Below are positions 8,551 to 17,137 of a stretch of 40,227 bases of DNA, in pieces. The stretch's first letter is position 1. Every line of letters begins with the position of its first letter. The stretch lies in contig JAOZGP010000014.1 in NCBI GenBank assembly GCA_027491735.1, positions 1 to 40,227 on the forward strand, in the 5' to 3' direction. This DNA comes from Thermoproteota archaeon. Lineage in GTDB: Archaea; Korarchaeota; Korarchaeia; Korarchaeales; Korarchaeaceae. Both the position numbers and the translations under genes were made by a program. The notes beneath the pieces were generated by a model. The model was not told the DNA's origin. It saw nothing but the letters and a program-made list of their open reading frames with translations, and did not search any database.

Positions 8551-8895
8551 TCACCCTTCTCTGAACGAAGTCCACGTACCGTCCTCAGCTACGATCGAGA
8601 TCAGGCATCCCTTTCTGATGCTGATGTTTGTTTTCATGGAGAAAGAGATTACGTCTTTCACAGTCTTATAGAGAGGTATTGACATCACTGATCCATTGCA
8701 ATTCACGATCAATGCTTTAAGCCTGTAGGGGCCTCCTTCAACCCCCACAGTGATATGAATCTCCCCTGGATCATATGTGAAGTGAGTTATGGTTAAGCGG
8801 TGTGCTCTGTTCAGTTTGGGATACAGTATTAAGGCCACTGCTAAGCTCAAAGCGGTCAGGAGCACCAAGGCCACTACTGCTCTGGCCTGAACCAT
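8551..8895 (-). CDS. Small membrane-anchored beta-rich protein, unknown function
   Basis: N-terminal hydrophobic helix (AVVALVLLTALSLAVALILY); overlaps the upstream gene. Confidence 0.7.
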   Translation of the reverse strand: MVQARAVVALVLLTALSLAVALILYPKLNRAHRLTITHFTYDPGEIHITVGVEGGPYRLKALIVNCNGSVMSIPLYKTVKDVISFSMKTNISIRKGCLISIVAEDGTWTSFREG

Positions 8896-9230
8896 GATGG
8901 CTCAGCCCTCAGTCTGGCTATGGGAAATAGAGATTTTCCTAGAAAGGCCATATTGGGCGCAAATCTGCAGGACTCACCAGTCTCGTCGACGTTATATACC
9001 AGAAATCTGTAGTCTTCCGAGAAATCATTTAGTTCCACAAAAGCAAACACATCAGCCTGACTGACCTCTAAGGTCTTCACAAAAGTTCCCATTATATGCG
9101 CTTCTCGTTTCTTAGAGTGAAAGAGAAGGAGGGGTGTCGGATTCGTGCTGCTGCTGAGGAGTCTAGCTAAATCCAGCACAGAAGCCAATTCCAGAAATAT
9201 CACATCCAGATCTTCTCTCTTTTCTGTCAT
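8874..9230 (-). CDS. Conserved hypothetical protein of TACK type
   Basis: 118 aa ORF; LELASVLDLARLL...FLVYN...FPIARL pattern reminiscent of small crenarchaeal conserved proteins; operonic spacing. Confidence 0.65.
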   Translation of the reverse strand: MTEKREDLDVIFLELASVLDLARLLSSSTNPTPLLLFHSKKREAHIMGTFVKTLEVSQADVFAFVELNDFSEDYRFLVYNVDETGESCRFAPNMAFLGKSLFPIARLRAEPSWFRPEQ

Positions 9231-9233
9231 CTT

Positions 9234-9983
9234 CTAAACACCCTCCTTCGATCTTGAAAAAGGTTGGAGGGACACTGATCTCCTGAAAAATGACGAATAT
9301 ATCTGATCAAAAACTTTTGTGAGAAGGCCCATTAGGAGCACTCCTCGAACGTTGTTTTTTCTGGATATCCCAAGAAAGGCAACCTTTTGAGAGCCCACCC
9401 CCAGTATCTCCGGGTTTTTCGTAAGACGTACGGCGTTTGTGTCTTCTAAGTACTTTCTCATTGGGCTTTGAGGATCAAGCACCCCACTCACATCCCTTCT
9501 AGCGAGAATCTTCCCCAGCTCTCCAGCTAAGGTCACTGAGAGATCCCTTGGCATCAGCACCGTTAGGTGTTCCTGAGTTCTAGCTACGAGGAGCATCGCT
9601 TTCACACACGATTCATGGTTTGTTAGGGTAAAGCCGCCGTCTAAGTTATCTAATATCAAGAGAGAAAGCGGTTCGTTCTTTAAGAGCTCCTCCGCAAGCA
9701 CTTCATATACGAAGAGGAGTTTCCTGATTTTGATATCTATCAGTCGGGCTATAGCCTCTCCTAGCGAGATAGCTGCGTACTTCAGGGGTTTCACCCCTGA
9801 TAGCCTTATCAGATCCTTTTCTTGTAGATCTTCTAGGACGGAGTATAGTTTTGTGAGAGGAACACCTGACAGTCTGGAGATCTCCTTAACGGTAGCTGGT
9901 CTTCCAAGCTCTAGTAGAGATAGCAGCGCTCGGGCCTGATACCGACTCAGATCAAGTTTGCAGAGAAGAGTCTCCAGATCCAT
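9234..9983 (-). CDS. TrmB-family transcriptional regulator
   Basis: LDLSRYQARALLSLLE...TVKEISRLSGVPLTKLYSVLEDLQEKDLI...KPLKYAA is the TrmB wHTH. Confidence 0.9.
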   Translation of the reverse strand: MDLETLLCKLDLSRYQARALLSLLELGRPATVKEISRLSGVPLTKLYSVLEDLQEKDLIRLSGVKPLKYAAISLGEAIARLIDIKIRKLLFVYEVLAEELLKNEPLSLLILDNLDGGFTLTNHESCVKAMLLVARTQEHLTVLMPRDLSVTLAGELGKILARRDVSGVLDPQSPMRKYLEDTNAVRLTKNPEILGVGSQKVAFLGISRKNNVRGVLLMGLLTKVFDQIYSSFFRRSVSLQPFSRSKEGV

Positions 9984-9986
9984 CGC

Positions 9987-10199
9987 TCAGCGTTCCACTA
10001 CCTCAGCTATTATCTTATTGTCCTTCATCCTGACAACGCGTGCGCGCACGGTTTCACCAGGATCTGCTGCTCCATTTATTATCACAGTAACCCCCTTGTA
10101 CTTGCCAACTCCTCTACCCTTCCTTGTAACCGATGAAATCAGGATCTCAATCTCTGCTCCTAGCTCAATGAGTGGTTTGTTTTCTTGTTGGTAGTTCAT
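9987..10199 (-). CDS. Single TRAM-domain RNA-binding protein
   Basis: GAEIEILISSVTRKGRGVGKYKGVTVIINGAADPGETVRARVVRMKDNKIIAEVV; ATG 10199 preferred over the longer ORF start at 10283. Confidence 0.85.
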   Translation of the reverse strand: MNYQQENKPLIELGAEIEILISSVTRKGRGVGKYKGVTVIINGAADPGETVRARVVRMKDNKIIAEVVER

Positions 10200-10355
10200 A
10201 TATATGACGGCACTTGCCTTCCTGCCCAACCTTCCTTTCCAACTGGAGAGATCATTCATGGGTTTAGGATTCCTTCGAGGCATCTTGATCCCTAAGACCT
10301 CACGAGGATAAAAATAGAAGGACAGATTTAAATTTTTAGGAAAGAGGCGTTTCGT

Positions 10356-11750
10356 TCATCCCAGAACAATCGAAGCAAATACGTCGGTCACATTTGTGAG
10401 TGTCGGGCCTGTTATGATGACATCTCCAAGCTTAGAGAAGAAGGTGTTGGAGTCATTTCTGTTCAGGTAGTCTGATGCCTTCATTCCGAGCCTAGATGAA
10501 TCCTCCTTGGACATGCTGTCTACCAGAGCTCCAGCAGCATCAGAAGCGCCATCTATACCGTCTGTGCCAAGAGATGCCGCAACAACCGCCTCTGTTTCGG
10601 ACAGTTCATCCACCATAGCCAGAGCGAGCTCCTGATTTCGGCCACCAACACCTTCACCTCTTAGAGTTACTGTGGTCTCACCTCCGAACACTAGAGCTGC
10701 TGGTGGTTCCAGCGGCAGAGAGTCAATTGACACCGACTTGAGGATCGACGCCATAACCCTACCTACTTCTCTGGCTTCCCCTTCAATCCTTGATCCCAGG
10801 TTGAGAACCCTCACCCCTTTACTCTTAAAGAACGACTCCATCGCGGAAACCGCCAGTCTGTTGTTGGCGATTATGTAGTTAGATGCTTTATCAAAGATCG
10901 TATCTCCGGGTTTAGGGGTCTCAGGTATCTCCCCTCTCACCCCTCTCCTTATGACCTCCAGGACGGAATCAGGAAGTTTGTCCTCCAAGGAGTACTTGTG
11001 AATCACCTCTAGAGCATCAGTGAACGTAGTCTCGTCAGGAGCCGTTGGCCCTGATGCTATGGAGTCTAGGGGATCTCCCACCACATCAGAGATTATCAGA
11101 GATATGACCCTGTCTGATCTTGTTGCCTGTAGCAATCTTCCTCCTTTTATCCTCGAGATATGTTTCCTGATAGTGTTTATCTCTCTTATATTTGCCCCGC
11201 AGGACACGAGAACTCTGTTTGTTTTTATTAAATCCCCTAAGGGTATGCCCTCCATGGGAAACTCCACCAACGCTGAGCCTCCACCAGATATCAGAACCAG
11301 CAATAGCTCACCCCGATCGGTCCTCGATACCATGTTCAGAATTTCCCTGCCTCCCTTGAGACTGCCCTCATCTGGAAGGGGATGTCCTGCAGGATTCAGC
11401 TTTATCTTAGCTGTTCGAACCACATTCTCAGTTCCTCTCAGCACATTCACAAATCCGTAAGAAATTTTATCGCCGAAGACCTGCTCCACAGCCAGGGCCA
11501 TCTTTGGGCAGGCTTTACCAGCGCCGACAACAAGCACCTCGCCTGGAACTTCCTCTGTAGCACCACATATGTCGTATCTGGATGGGGATCTTCTCTTGAT
11601 GTTCCGCTTAACGGTATGATATGAGTCTACGGCTGCTAAAGCTTTATCTAAAGCTGATAGAACGAGCTCTCTCGCTTGTGCAAGCTCCCCTTTCCTTCTA
11701 CGAATTAGAGGGTCTTTATTCTTTATGCAAGGAAGGAACAATCTCCTCAC
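10356..11750 (-). CDS. Glycerate 2-kinase (GK-II/MOFRL family)
   Basis: GAGKA, GHPLPD, LISGGGSAL, RKHISRIKGGRL, DVVGD..IASGP, GGRNQE, GTDGIDG, GPTLTNVTD motifs. Confidence 0.95.
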   Translation of the reverse strand: MRRLFLPCIKNKDPLIRRRKGELAQARELVLSALDKALAAVDSYHTVKRNIKRRSPSRYDICGATEEVPGEVLVVGAGKACPKMALAVEQVFGDKISYGFVNVLRGTENVVRTAKIKLNPAGHPLPDEGSLKGGREILNMVSRTDRGELLLVLISGGGSALVEFPMEGIPLGDLIKTNRVLVSCGANIREINTIRKHISRIKGGRLLQATRSDRVISLIISDVVGDPLDSIASGPTAPDETTFTDALEVIHKYSLEDKLPDSVLEVIRRGVRGEIPETPKPGDTIFDKASNYIIANNRLAVSAMESFFKSKGVRVLNLGSRIEGEAREVGRVMASILKSVSIDSLPLEPPAALVFGGETTVTLRGEGVGGRNQELALAMVDELSETEAVVAASLGTDGIDGASDAAGALVDSMSKEDSSRLGMKASDYLNRNDSNTFFSKLGDVIITGPTLTNVTDVFASIVLG

Positions 11751-12933
11751 CGTCCTCGGAGAACCTCAGCTTCCCTAACCTCAGACCCCTGGGTCTTTGG
11801 GATGCCGTGGTAAGAACGCTTATTCTTTCCTCCTTGATCGAGAGATCTTTTATAAGTCCAACTCCAACACACAGCCCCCTCTCATCCAATAATCCAGTAT
11901 ATAGGTTTCTGTAGGAAGCCAGGTCCAAAATCCTCACCCTCTTACCAGTCATCCTCTCCAAAGATAAGATCTTTTCTTTATCAGGCTGCTCGGAGGAAAC
12001 TATTTTTATGACATTCTTGCCCTCCTCGGGACTGTACACCTCAACACCGAGGTACTCAGATAGAACCCCATCCTTTTCCAGCTCCAGTCCTTGAACGAAA
12101 ACCTCCCTCATATGCAGGTCTAGCTCAGATGCTCCACACAGATACCTAGATATATTAGCCCTCCTCAACGAGGCCCTTAGATCCCTGGATTTTTGTCTGA
12201 CCTGAGGAGGACATTTCAGTACAATCCTCCTGTAGTAGGGAGGAACCTTATTTATGAGCTTTGAGAGGGCTCCTGACCCGCTCTCTATTCCTATTATGAG
12301 TTGTGGTTCGACCAACTCTATTTTTCTGAGCTTCAATTCCACAGCAGCCACATCCCGCAGGTAACCAGTGGTATTGATGAGAGTCGGGGCTCCAGCGCTT
12401 CTCTCCAATAGAGAAATCCCGGCCAGCATCAACGTGAAGTTCCCGCGGGGGGTCTTATCTCCGACGAAATATGAGGCTTCCGGTACCTCCAGCCAAGGTA
12501 GAGCAGGACCCCCACAGAATGAAGCTAACGATATCGTCCCCACGGGACCCAGATCTTTCTGACCTATATCCGAATCGAGAAGATAGACCTTCTCCCCTTC
12601 TCTGGAGATTATGTCGTTCATCATGTAGACTATCAGACTGCTCTTACCGACATCCATTTCCCCTAAAACCAAGGTTTTTTCCTCGATTCCCACCTCGATT
12701 AGATGAGACCACTCCTCTGGTACTGAGGTTCTTCTAACCTCGCTCGCCGATAGTTCGATATCGGCACCTTTTTTGGATTCCACGAGGACAGGTACACCTG
12801 CTTCATCCACTTTGAGGATAGACCCCTCATTTAAGGGATATCTCCAGACGAACGCTTCTCCTCTTTTTATTTTCAAGTATAAAGGCGATCTAATCATAGC
12901 AGCTCCTTCCAGGCGGATCTCCAAGCGACTCAC
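11716..12933 (-). CDS. Clp1/Grc3-family polynucleotide 5'-kinase
   Basis: GEMDVGKS Walker A, DSDIGQ, LINTTG, and R..LR clasp motif. Confidence 0.9.
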   Translation of the reverse strand: MSRLEIRLEGAAMIRSPLYLKIKRGEAFVWRYPLNEGSILKVDEAGVPVLVESKKGADIELSASEVRRTSVPEEWSHLIEVGIEEKTLVLGEMDVGKSSLIVYMMNDIISREGEKVYLLDSDIGQKDLGPVGTISLASFCGGPALPWLEVPEASYFVGDKTPRGNFTLMLAGISLLERSAGAPTLINTTGYLRDVAAVELKLRKIELVEPQLIIGIESGSGALSKLINKVPPYYRRIVLKCPPQVRQKSRDLRASLRRANISRYLCGASELDLHMREVFVQGLELEKDGVLSEYLGVEVYSPEEGKNVIKIVSSEQPDKEKILSLERMTGKRVRILDLASYRNLYTGLLDERGLCVGVGLIKDLSIKEERISVLTTASQRPRGLRLGKLRFSEDGEEIVPSLHKE

Positions 12934-12951
12934 CTAAGTTTATTTTATTGA

Positions 12952-13488
12952 GTGAACTGCCCTACCGTTAACGGTAGGGCTTCCTGCTTCATCGAGAAGA
13001 CTTGCTCCTCAATTACAGATTTAACGGTAACGAGGAGCAGAGGTTTTCTCTCCACAGGCCCTGAGAGTCGTCCCGACCCCGCCCTATTCTTTATTCTGTA
13101 AGCTGAAGCATAATCTCTATACGGGTTATCAGATGATAATCCTTCAGAAGTGCCTCTTGGGTTTGCTTTTACTACCCCTCCTGTCAAAAGACTCCCCTCG
13201 TCGAGGAAGGTGAGATGGGTGGCATCGGAGCTCGTGAACGACCCGACCCCAGCCGTAGTGACGTGTTTATCTGGAGGGAAGCCACCGTTTTAACGGATGG
13301 TAGTTCACACCTAACTTATCCTGTAAAGACCAGAAAATCTCTTTCAATCTTTCTCTTATTTGTTCCGCCTCTAAAACTGGTCTTCGATATTTTGTGACAA
13401 GAACAGGAGGATAGTATAATGAGAATGCAGCATGTGATGACTTGTCGAGCTTGTATTTCATTTGGTTCATCAAAGATCGTATAACCAA
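12952..13488 (-). mobile_element. Internally deleted IS200/IS605 element (tnpA 5' fragment + tnpB 3' fragment + right end)
   Basis: TnpA N-terminus MKYKLDKSSHAAFSLYY..VLVTKYRRPVL..IRERLKEI (13309-13461). TnpB-like C-terminus VVKANPRGTSEG..RDYASAYRIK..PVERKPLL..MKQEAL. Right end GAAGCCCTACCGTTAACGGTAGGGCAGTTCAC with a perfect 22-bp palindrome at 12959-12980. Confidence 0.88.
13184..13308 (+). mobile_element. IS605-type mini-element nested in opposite orientation inside the element above
   Basis: Ends GGAAGCCACCGTTTTAACGGATGGTAGTTCAC (right-end hairpin + GTTCAC) exactly where tnpA similarity stops. Begins with a left-end-like AAGACTCCCC...GAGATG. Left boundary approximate. Confidence 0.7.
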
Positions 13489-13494
13489 ATGAAT

Positions 13495-14472
13495 TTAAAA
13501 TTTGAGAAACTCTGGAAGCCTCACAGCGGAGAACCAGCCGAACTCCTCCTTTAAGACCAGAATCGCTGCCCCAGGAGGAATGACTCCTTTCTCCGTGATT
13601 ATGATATCTATATAAGTTGGAGGAGTTACGTCAAACACAGGGTTCAGCACCCTTAGGTTGGGATTCTCCGTAAGGAATTTCTCGTCAACGACCTCTAGAG
13701 GAGAGCGCTCTTCTATTTTTATCAAAGATCCTAACATCGTCTCAGGAGAGAACTTGTATGTTTCGGCTGCCACGAAAAAGTTAACTCTCGCCTCATGTGC
13801 AGCCAAAGCGATTAACGATGTTCCTATCTTGTTCACCACTGCCCCGTTAGCTGCCACGGCATCCGCTCCAACGATCACCTTATCAACCTTCTCCATGAAG
13901 AAACGAGCCGCTGAGTCCACGATCAAGGTCACTGGAATTCCGGCCCTGGACAGAATTGATGCTGTTATGCGTCCCTGATATCTCGGTCTCGTCTCAGTTG
14001 AGATGACCTCAAACCGTTTCCCCTCTTCCCATGCCTTCAAGAGGATTGCGCAAGCCGCTGTGCTGTGGCAGTGGGTCATCACCAGGTCCCCATCTTCTAT
14101 CCTCTTAGACCCATATTCGGCTATTTTCTTAACGGCCATCTTTGAGGTCTCTATAAACTTCTCAGCAACTTTTATGACCTCAGATCGCAGATCCTCTAGA
14201 AGAAGGCCCTTTTCGTAAAGCTGATAAGCCCTAACCATTACATATCTTATGGCGTTAGGGAGTGATACTGCTGTAGGTCTTGTGTGAAGGAGGATTCGTG
14301 CAGCCTGCGTTAGGTCCATAATCAGCTCATCGCTGTTCTTGGCTTTAGACTGAGAAGCCTCCTTCATTAGAGCCTGAGCCGCTGACCTAGCTATGTAACT
14401 AGCTCCCCGTATTTTCATGTTCCTTATATCCTCTGCTATCCTGAGGACCTCTGGGGACACCATGAAAGACAT
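13495..14472 (-). CDS. Ribose-1,5-bisphosphate isomerase (eIF-2B-like)
   Basis: IRGA, TRPTAVSLPNA, MTHCHS, ETRPRYQG, GADAVAANGAVVNKIGT, NPVFDVTP. Confidence 0.93.
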   Translation of the reverse strand: MSFMVSPEVLRIAEDIRNMKIRGASYIARSAAQALMKEASQSKAKNSDELIMDLTQAARILLHTRPTAVSLPNAIRYVMVRAYQLYEKGLLLEDLRSEVIKVAEKFIETSKMAVKKIAEYGSKRIEDGDLVMTHCHSTAACAILLKAWEEGKRFEVISTETRPRYQGRITASILSRAGIPVTLIVDSAARFFMEKVDKVIVGADAVAANGAVVNKIGTSLIALAAHEARVNFFVAAETYKFSPETMLGSLIKIEERSPLEVVDEKFLTENPNLRVLNPVFDVTPPTYIDIIITEKGVIPPGAAILVLKEEFGWFSAVRLPEFLKF

Positions 14473-14515
14473 TTTAATGAGTAGGGCCTATCTCATTTAT
14501 AAAAGGTAAGGGAGA

Positions 14516-15262
14516 TTGGCATCCCTCATCAAGGTAGGTTGTTGTGGCTTCTGCACCCCCAGAAAAGACTATTTTCTCCTCTTCTCAGTTGTGGAAGTCC
14601 AAAAGACTTTTTATACAATTCCAAAGAAGGATCTCATGGAGAAGTGGAGGAAAGAAGCGCCCTCTAGTTTCGAATTCACCGTAAAAGCATGGATGGGCTT
14701 CACACATGATCCAAGGAGCTCCTTCTGGAGAAGAAAGGGGCTTCCGGATGATGAGGGAATGGGGCTCCTGAGGCCGTCTGATAAAAATCTAGACATGTGG
14801 AAGAAGTTCCTATCGTCCATATCTCCATTAGAACCGTCAGTAATAATTTTTCAGACACCCCCTTCGTTTAAAGCGACCCAGAACAATATTAAAAATGTGA
14901 TAGAGTTCTTTGAGTCAATTGAGAGAGGAGATATCGTTCTGGGTCTTGAGATCCGCGATCCAAGCTGGTTTTCTCAAGATAAACTTGGAAAGGTCTTATC
15001 CTCAGTTGGCGCAGTGCACGTCGTCGATCCGCTTTTCGATAGAATGCTTAACACCCAAGACATCCTCTACTTCAGGCTCCATGGAACAAGAAAGGGAGGA
15101 AAAATCGTTTATAAGCACAGGTACGGTGATGAGGAGCTCTTCCGGGTCGCGGAGTTATCTAAAACAGCTGAGGTTGCTTATGTGATGTTCAATAACATGT
15201 ACATGAAGGAGGATGCTCTTCGGTTCAGGAAACTCATTCGAGGTACAGCCAGCCCTCCATAG
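14516..15262 (+). CDS. DUF72 (YecE-like) protein
   Basis: KVGCCGF, VEVQKTFY, FTVKA, FQTPPSF, YFRLHG, YVMFNN...DALRF. Confidence 0.92.
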   Translation: MASLIKVGCCGFCTPRKDYFLLFSVVEVQKTFYTIPKKDLMEKWRKEAPSSFEFTVKAWMGFTHDPRSSFWRRKGLPDDEGMGLLRPSDKNLDMWKKFLSSISPLEPSVIIFQTPPSFKATQNNIKNVIEFFESIERGDIVLGLEIRDPSWFSQDKLGKVLSSVGAVHVVDPLFDRMLNTQDILYFRLHGTRKGGKIVYKHRYGDEELFRVAELSKTAEVAYVMFNNMYMKEDALRFRKLIRGTASPP

Positions 15263-16514
15263 AGCTCCAGTCCCAGGACAGATCCTCGGGTATATAGGTT
15301 CCGTAAACTATGGCACCTCTCCAGACGCTGAACTGAGGATCTCGGATCATTGCAGGCGAGGAATCCATACCTCTTGCCTTAAGCAGAATTCTGAGTTTTT
15401 CTGGGGAATTAACGGCTATCCCCTCAAGACCAGTCGGAGCCTTCCAGTTGAAGGCCCCGCCGGATAATATTATTCTCTTCAGCAGAGCGGGTTGTATTTC
15501 TATGGGAGTCTTGGAGATCGCTATCCTGACGGCATCTCCAAGATCTACGCTACCGGGTATTACCTCCCCTCCCACCACAGTGTCCTTTGGTGGAGTGAAG
15601 CCCCTGATGTAATAGCTCTGAAAGACCTCGTGGGAGGGGTTGAAGAAGTACTCTCCTATCAGGAATCTCATCCATGCCTTGTCTCCGAGGTCTATCTTAA
15701 CAGTCGTTCCGGGTATGGAGAACTCGCTCTTGACAGCTCCGGGATGGGATTTAGTCCACTCTATTGAAGATTTCAGCTCTCTCGGAACAAGTCCAACCAT
15801 TTCCTTGAAGTTCTTGACGAACTTCTCCTCACGAGCCAGATCGGAGTATCCCAGATCCTTCAGTATCTGAGCCGTTATCCTATCCGAGTCTGATCCACCT
15901 CTGTTCAGAGGTATGAGGGCCGACCTGATGACGTCCCTGCTTATAGGTGTTATCTGTGTGTTTCCGTGACCTGACTCTATGACTGTACATGTGACAGCCT
16001 TCTCGGAGATCGCCACAGCTAGAGGTTGGGGTACTATGGTTACCGCCTTGACCAAGCCGCCACCAAAGGAGGAGTTCACTTCCTTTACTATGTCGAACAT
16101 CCTCTCGTACATGTAGACAGGGGACTGAGCTGCTAGGGCGACCACCAGGAAAAATCCACAAAAAGGTTCTCCCTCCGGTGTCCTTGGTCCAGGATAGTAC
16201 TTCCTGAGCGCGTATTCTATTATTTTAAGTATAACCTTCCAGCCTCTGACGTCGTCCCTCTCCACCACGCCGTTCCTCATCGGATAGTGAAGCCTCGACA
16301 GGTCAGCTTTGGATTCCAGATATTCGGAGACTTCGGGTCCTACCACAACTTCTTCAGCCTTTATTCCTCTTATCTCAGCAGATACCTTGGATATCTTTGG
16401 AAAATACCCTCTGTTATCTGTTATGTCTGGATATCTGCCCCTCCACACAGGACCGAACTTCACTAAGCTGGTGCCGAAGTCTATGGCGAACACCGGTCGT
16501 TGGATTACGTTCAA
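15234..16514 (-). CDS. Crenactin (archaeal actin homologue)
   Basis: IDFGTSLVKFGP, YPMRNGVV, AVTIVPQPLAVAI, ESGHGNTQITPIS, LNRGG, ILKDLGYSDLAREE, WMRFLIGE, IILSGGAF and PQFSVWRGAIVYG align throughout with Pyrobaculum crenactin as recalled; TTG start with GGAGGGTG SD. Confidence 0.93.
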   Translation of the reverse strand: MNVIQRPVFAIDFGTSLVKFGPVWRGRYPDITDNRGYFPKISKVSAEIRGIKAEEVVVGPEVSEYLESKADLSRLHYPMRNGVVERDDVRGWKVILKIIEYALRKYYPGPRTPEGEPFCGFFLVVALAAQSPVYMYERMFDIVKEVNSSFGGGLVKAVTIVPQPLAVAISEKAVTCTVIESGHGNTQITPISRDVIRSALIPLNRGGSDSDRITAQILKDLGYSDLAREEKFVKNFKEMVGLVPRELKSSIEWTKSHPGAVKSEFSIPGTTVKIDLGDKAWMRFLIGEYFFNPSHEVFQSYYIRGFTPPKDTVVGGEVIPGSVDLGDAVRIAISKTPIEIQPALLKRIILSGGAFNWKAPTGLEGIAVNSPEKLRILLKARGMDSSPAMIRDPQFSVWRGAIVYGTYIPEDLSWDWSSMEGWLYLE

Positions 16515-17103
16515 GTCTACACCCTCCTCTGAGAGACCAAAGAATATTTCTTGAGGAAACCTTTTTAGAGTTAATCACCTCGATGCCTTCTCTCCTCAGA
16601 AGGAGGGCTTTTTTGTCCAGGCCATAGCTGTACCCTCCTAGGTTGAGGTCGCTTCTGATAACCCGATGACATGGGTATACTATTGGAAGAGGGTTTTTGG
16701 AGAGCATAAGTCCTACTGCACGGGGATGTAAATTGGACACCTCTGATATAGCCCGATAGGTCGTAACTTTCCCTCGAGAGATTAGGAGCAGAGATCTAAT
16801 CACCCTCCTAAGCCTGTCTTGAGGTGGAAGTCGAACTCTCTGGAGATCTACTTTCAGAGGTTTACCAAGAAATCCCTCATATATCTTCTCCGCAATGTCC
16901 AGCCCACTAACCCCTTTATCAGGAAGAGGAACCGACCCCCATACCCTCTGAAAGGATCTCTGGAGAAGTCTTGCGGCGATCTCGCGGTTTTCCAGAGGTA
17001 TCGTGTTTCCAAGAAGGTAACCTCCCTCAAGAACCAGAGCCACGTAAAAACCACTTATTTCATGAACAACCAAGCGAGGGCGGATCAATGTTATCCCCTG
17101 CAA
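16414..17103 (-). CDS. ogt: O6-methylguanine-DNA methyltransferase
   Basis: GKVTTY, RAVG, NPLPIVYPCHRVI, GGYSYGLDKKALLLRREG; the C-terminal tail runs 101 nt into crenactin. Confidence 0.92.
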   Translation of the reverse strand: MQGITLIRPRLVVHEISGFYVALVLEGGYLLGNTIPLENREIAARLLQRSFQRVWGSVPLPDKGVSGLDIAEKIYEGFLGKPLKVDLQRVRLPPQDRLRRVIRSLLLISRGKVTTYRAISEVSNLHPRAVGLMLSKNPLPIVYPCHRVIRSDLNLGGYSYGLDKKALLLRREGIEVINSKKVSSRNILWSLRGGCRLERNPTTGVRHRLRHQLSEVRSCVEGQISRHNR

Positions 17104-17137
17104 GTTTAAGAGGGCGGGCGCCTGATTTATAAGACTG

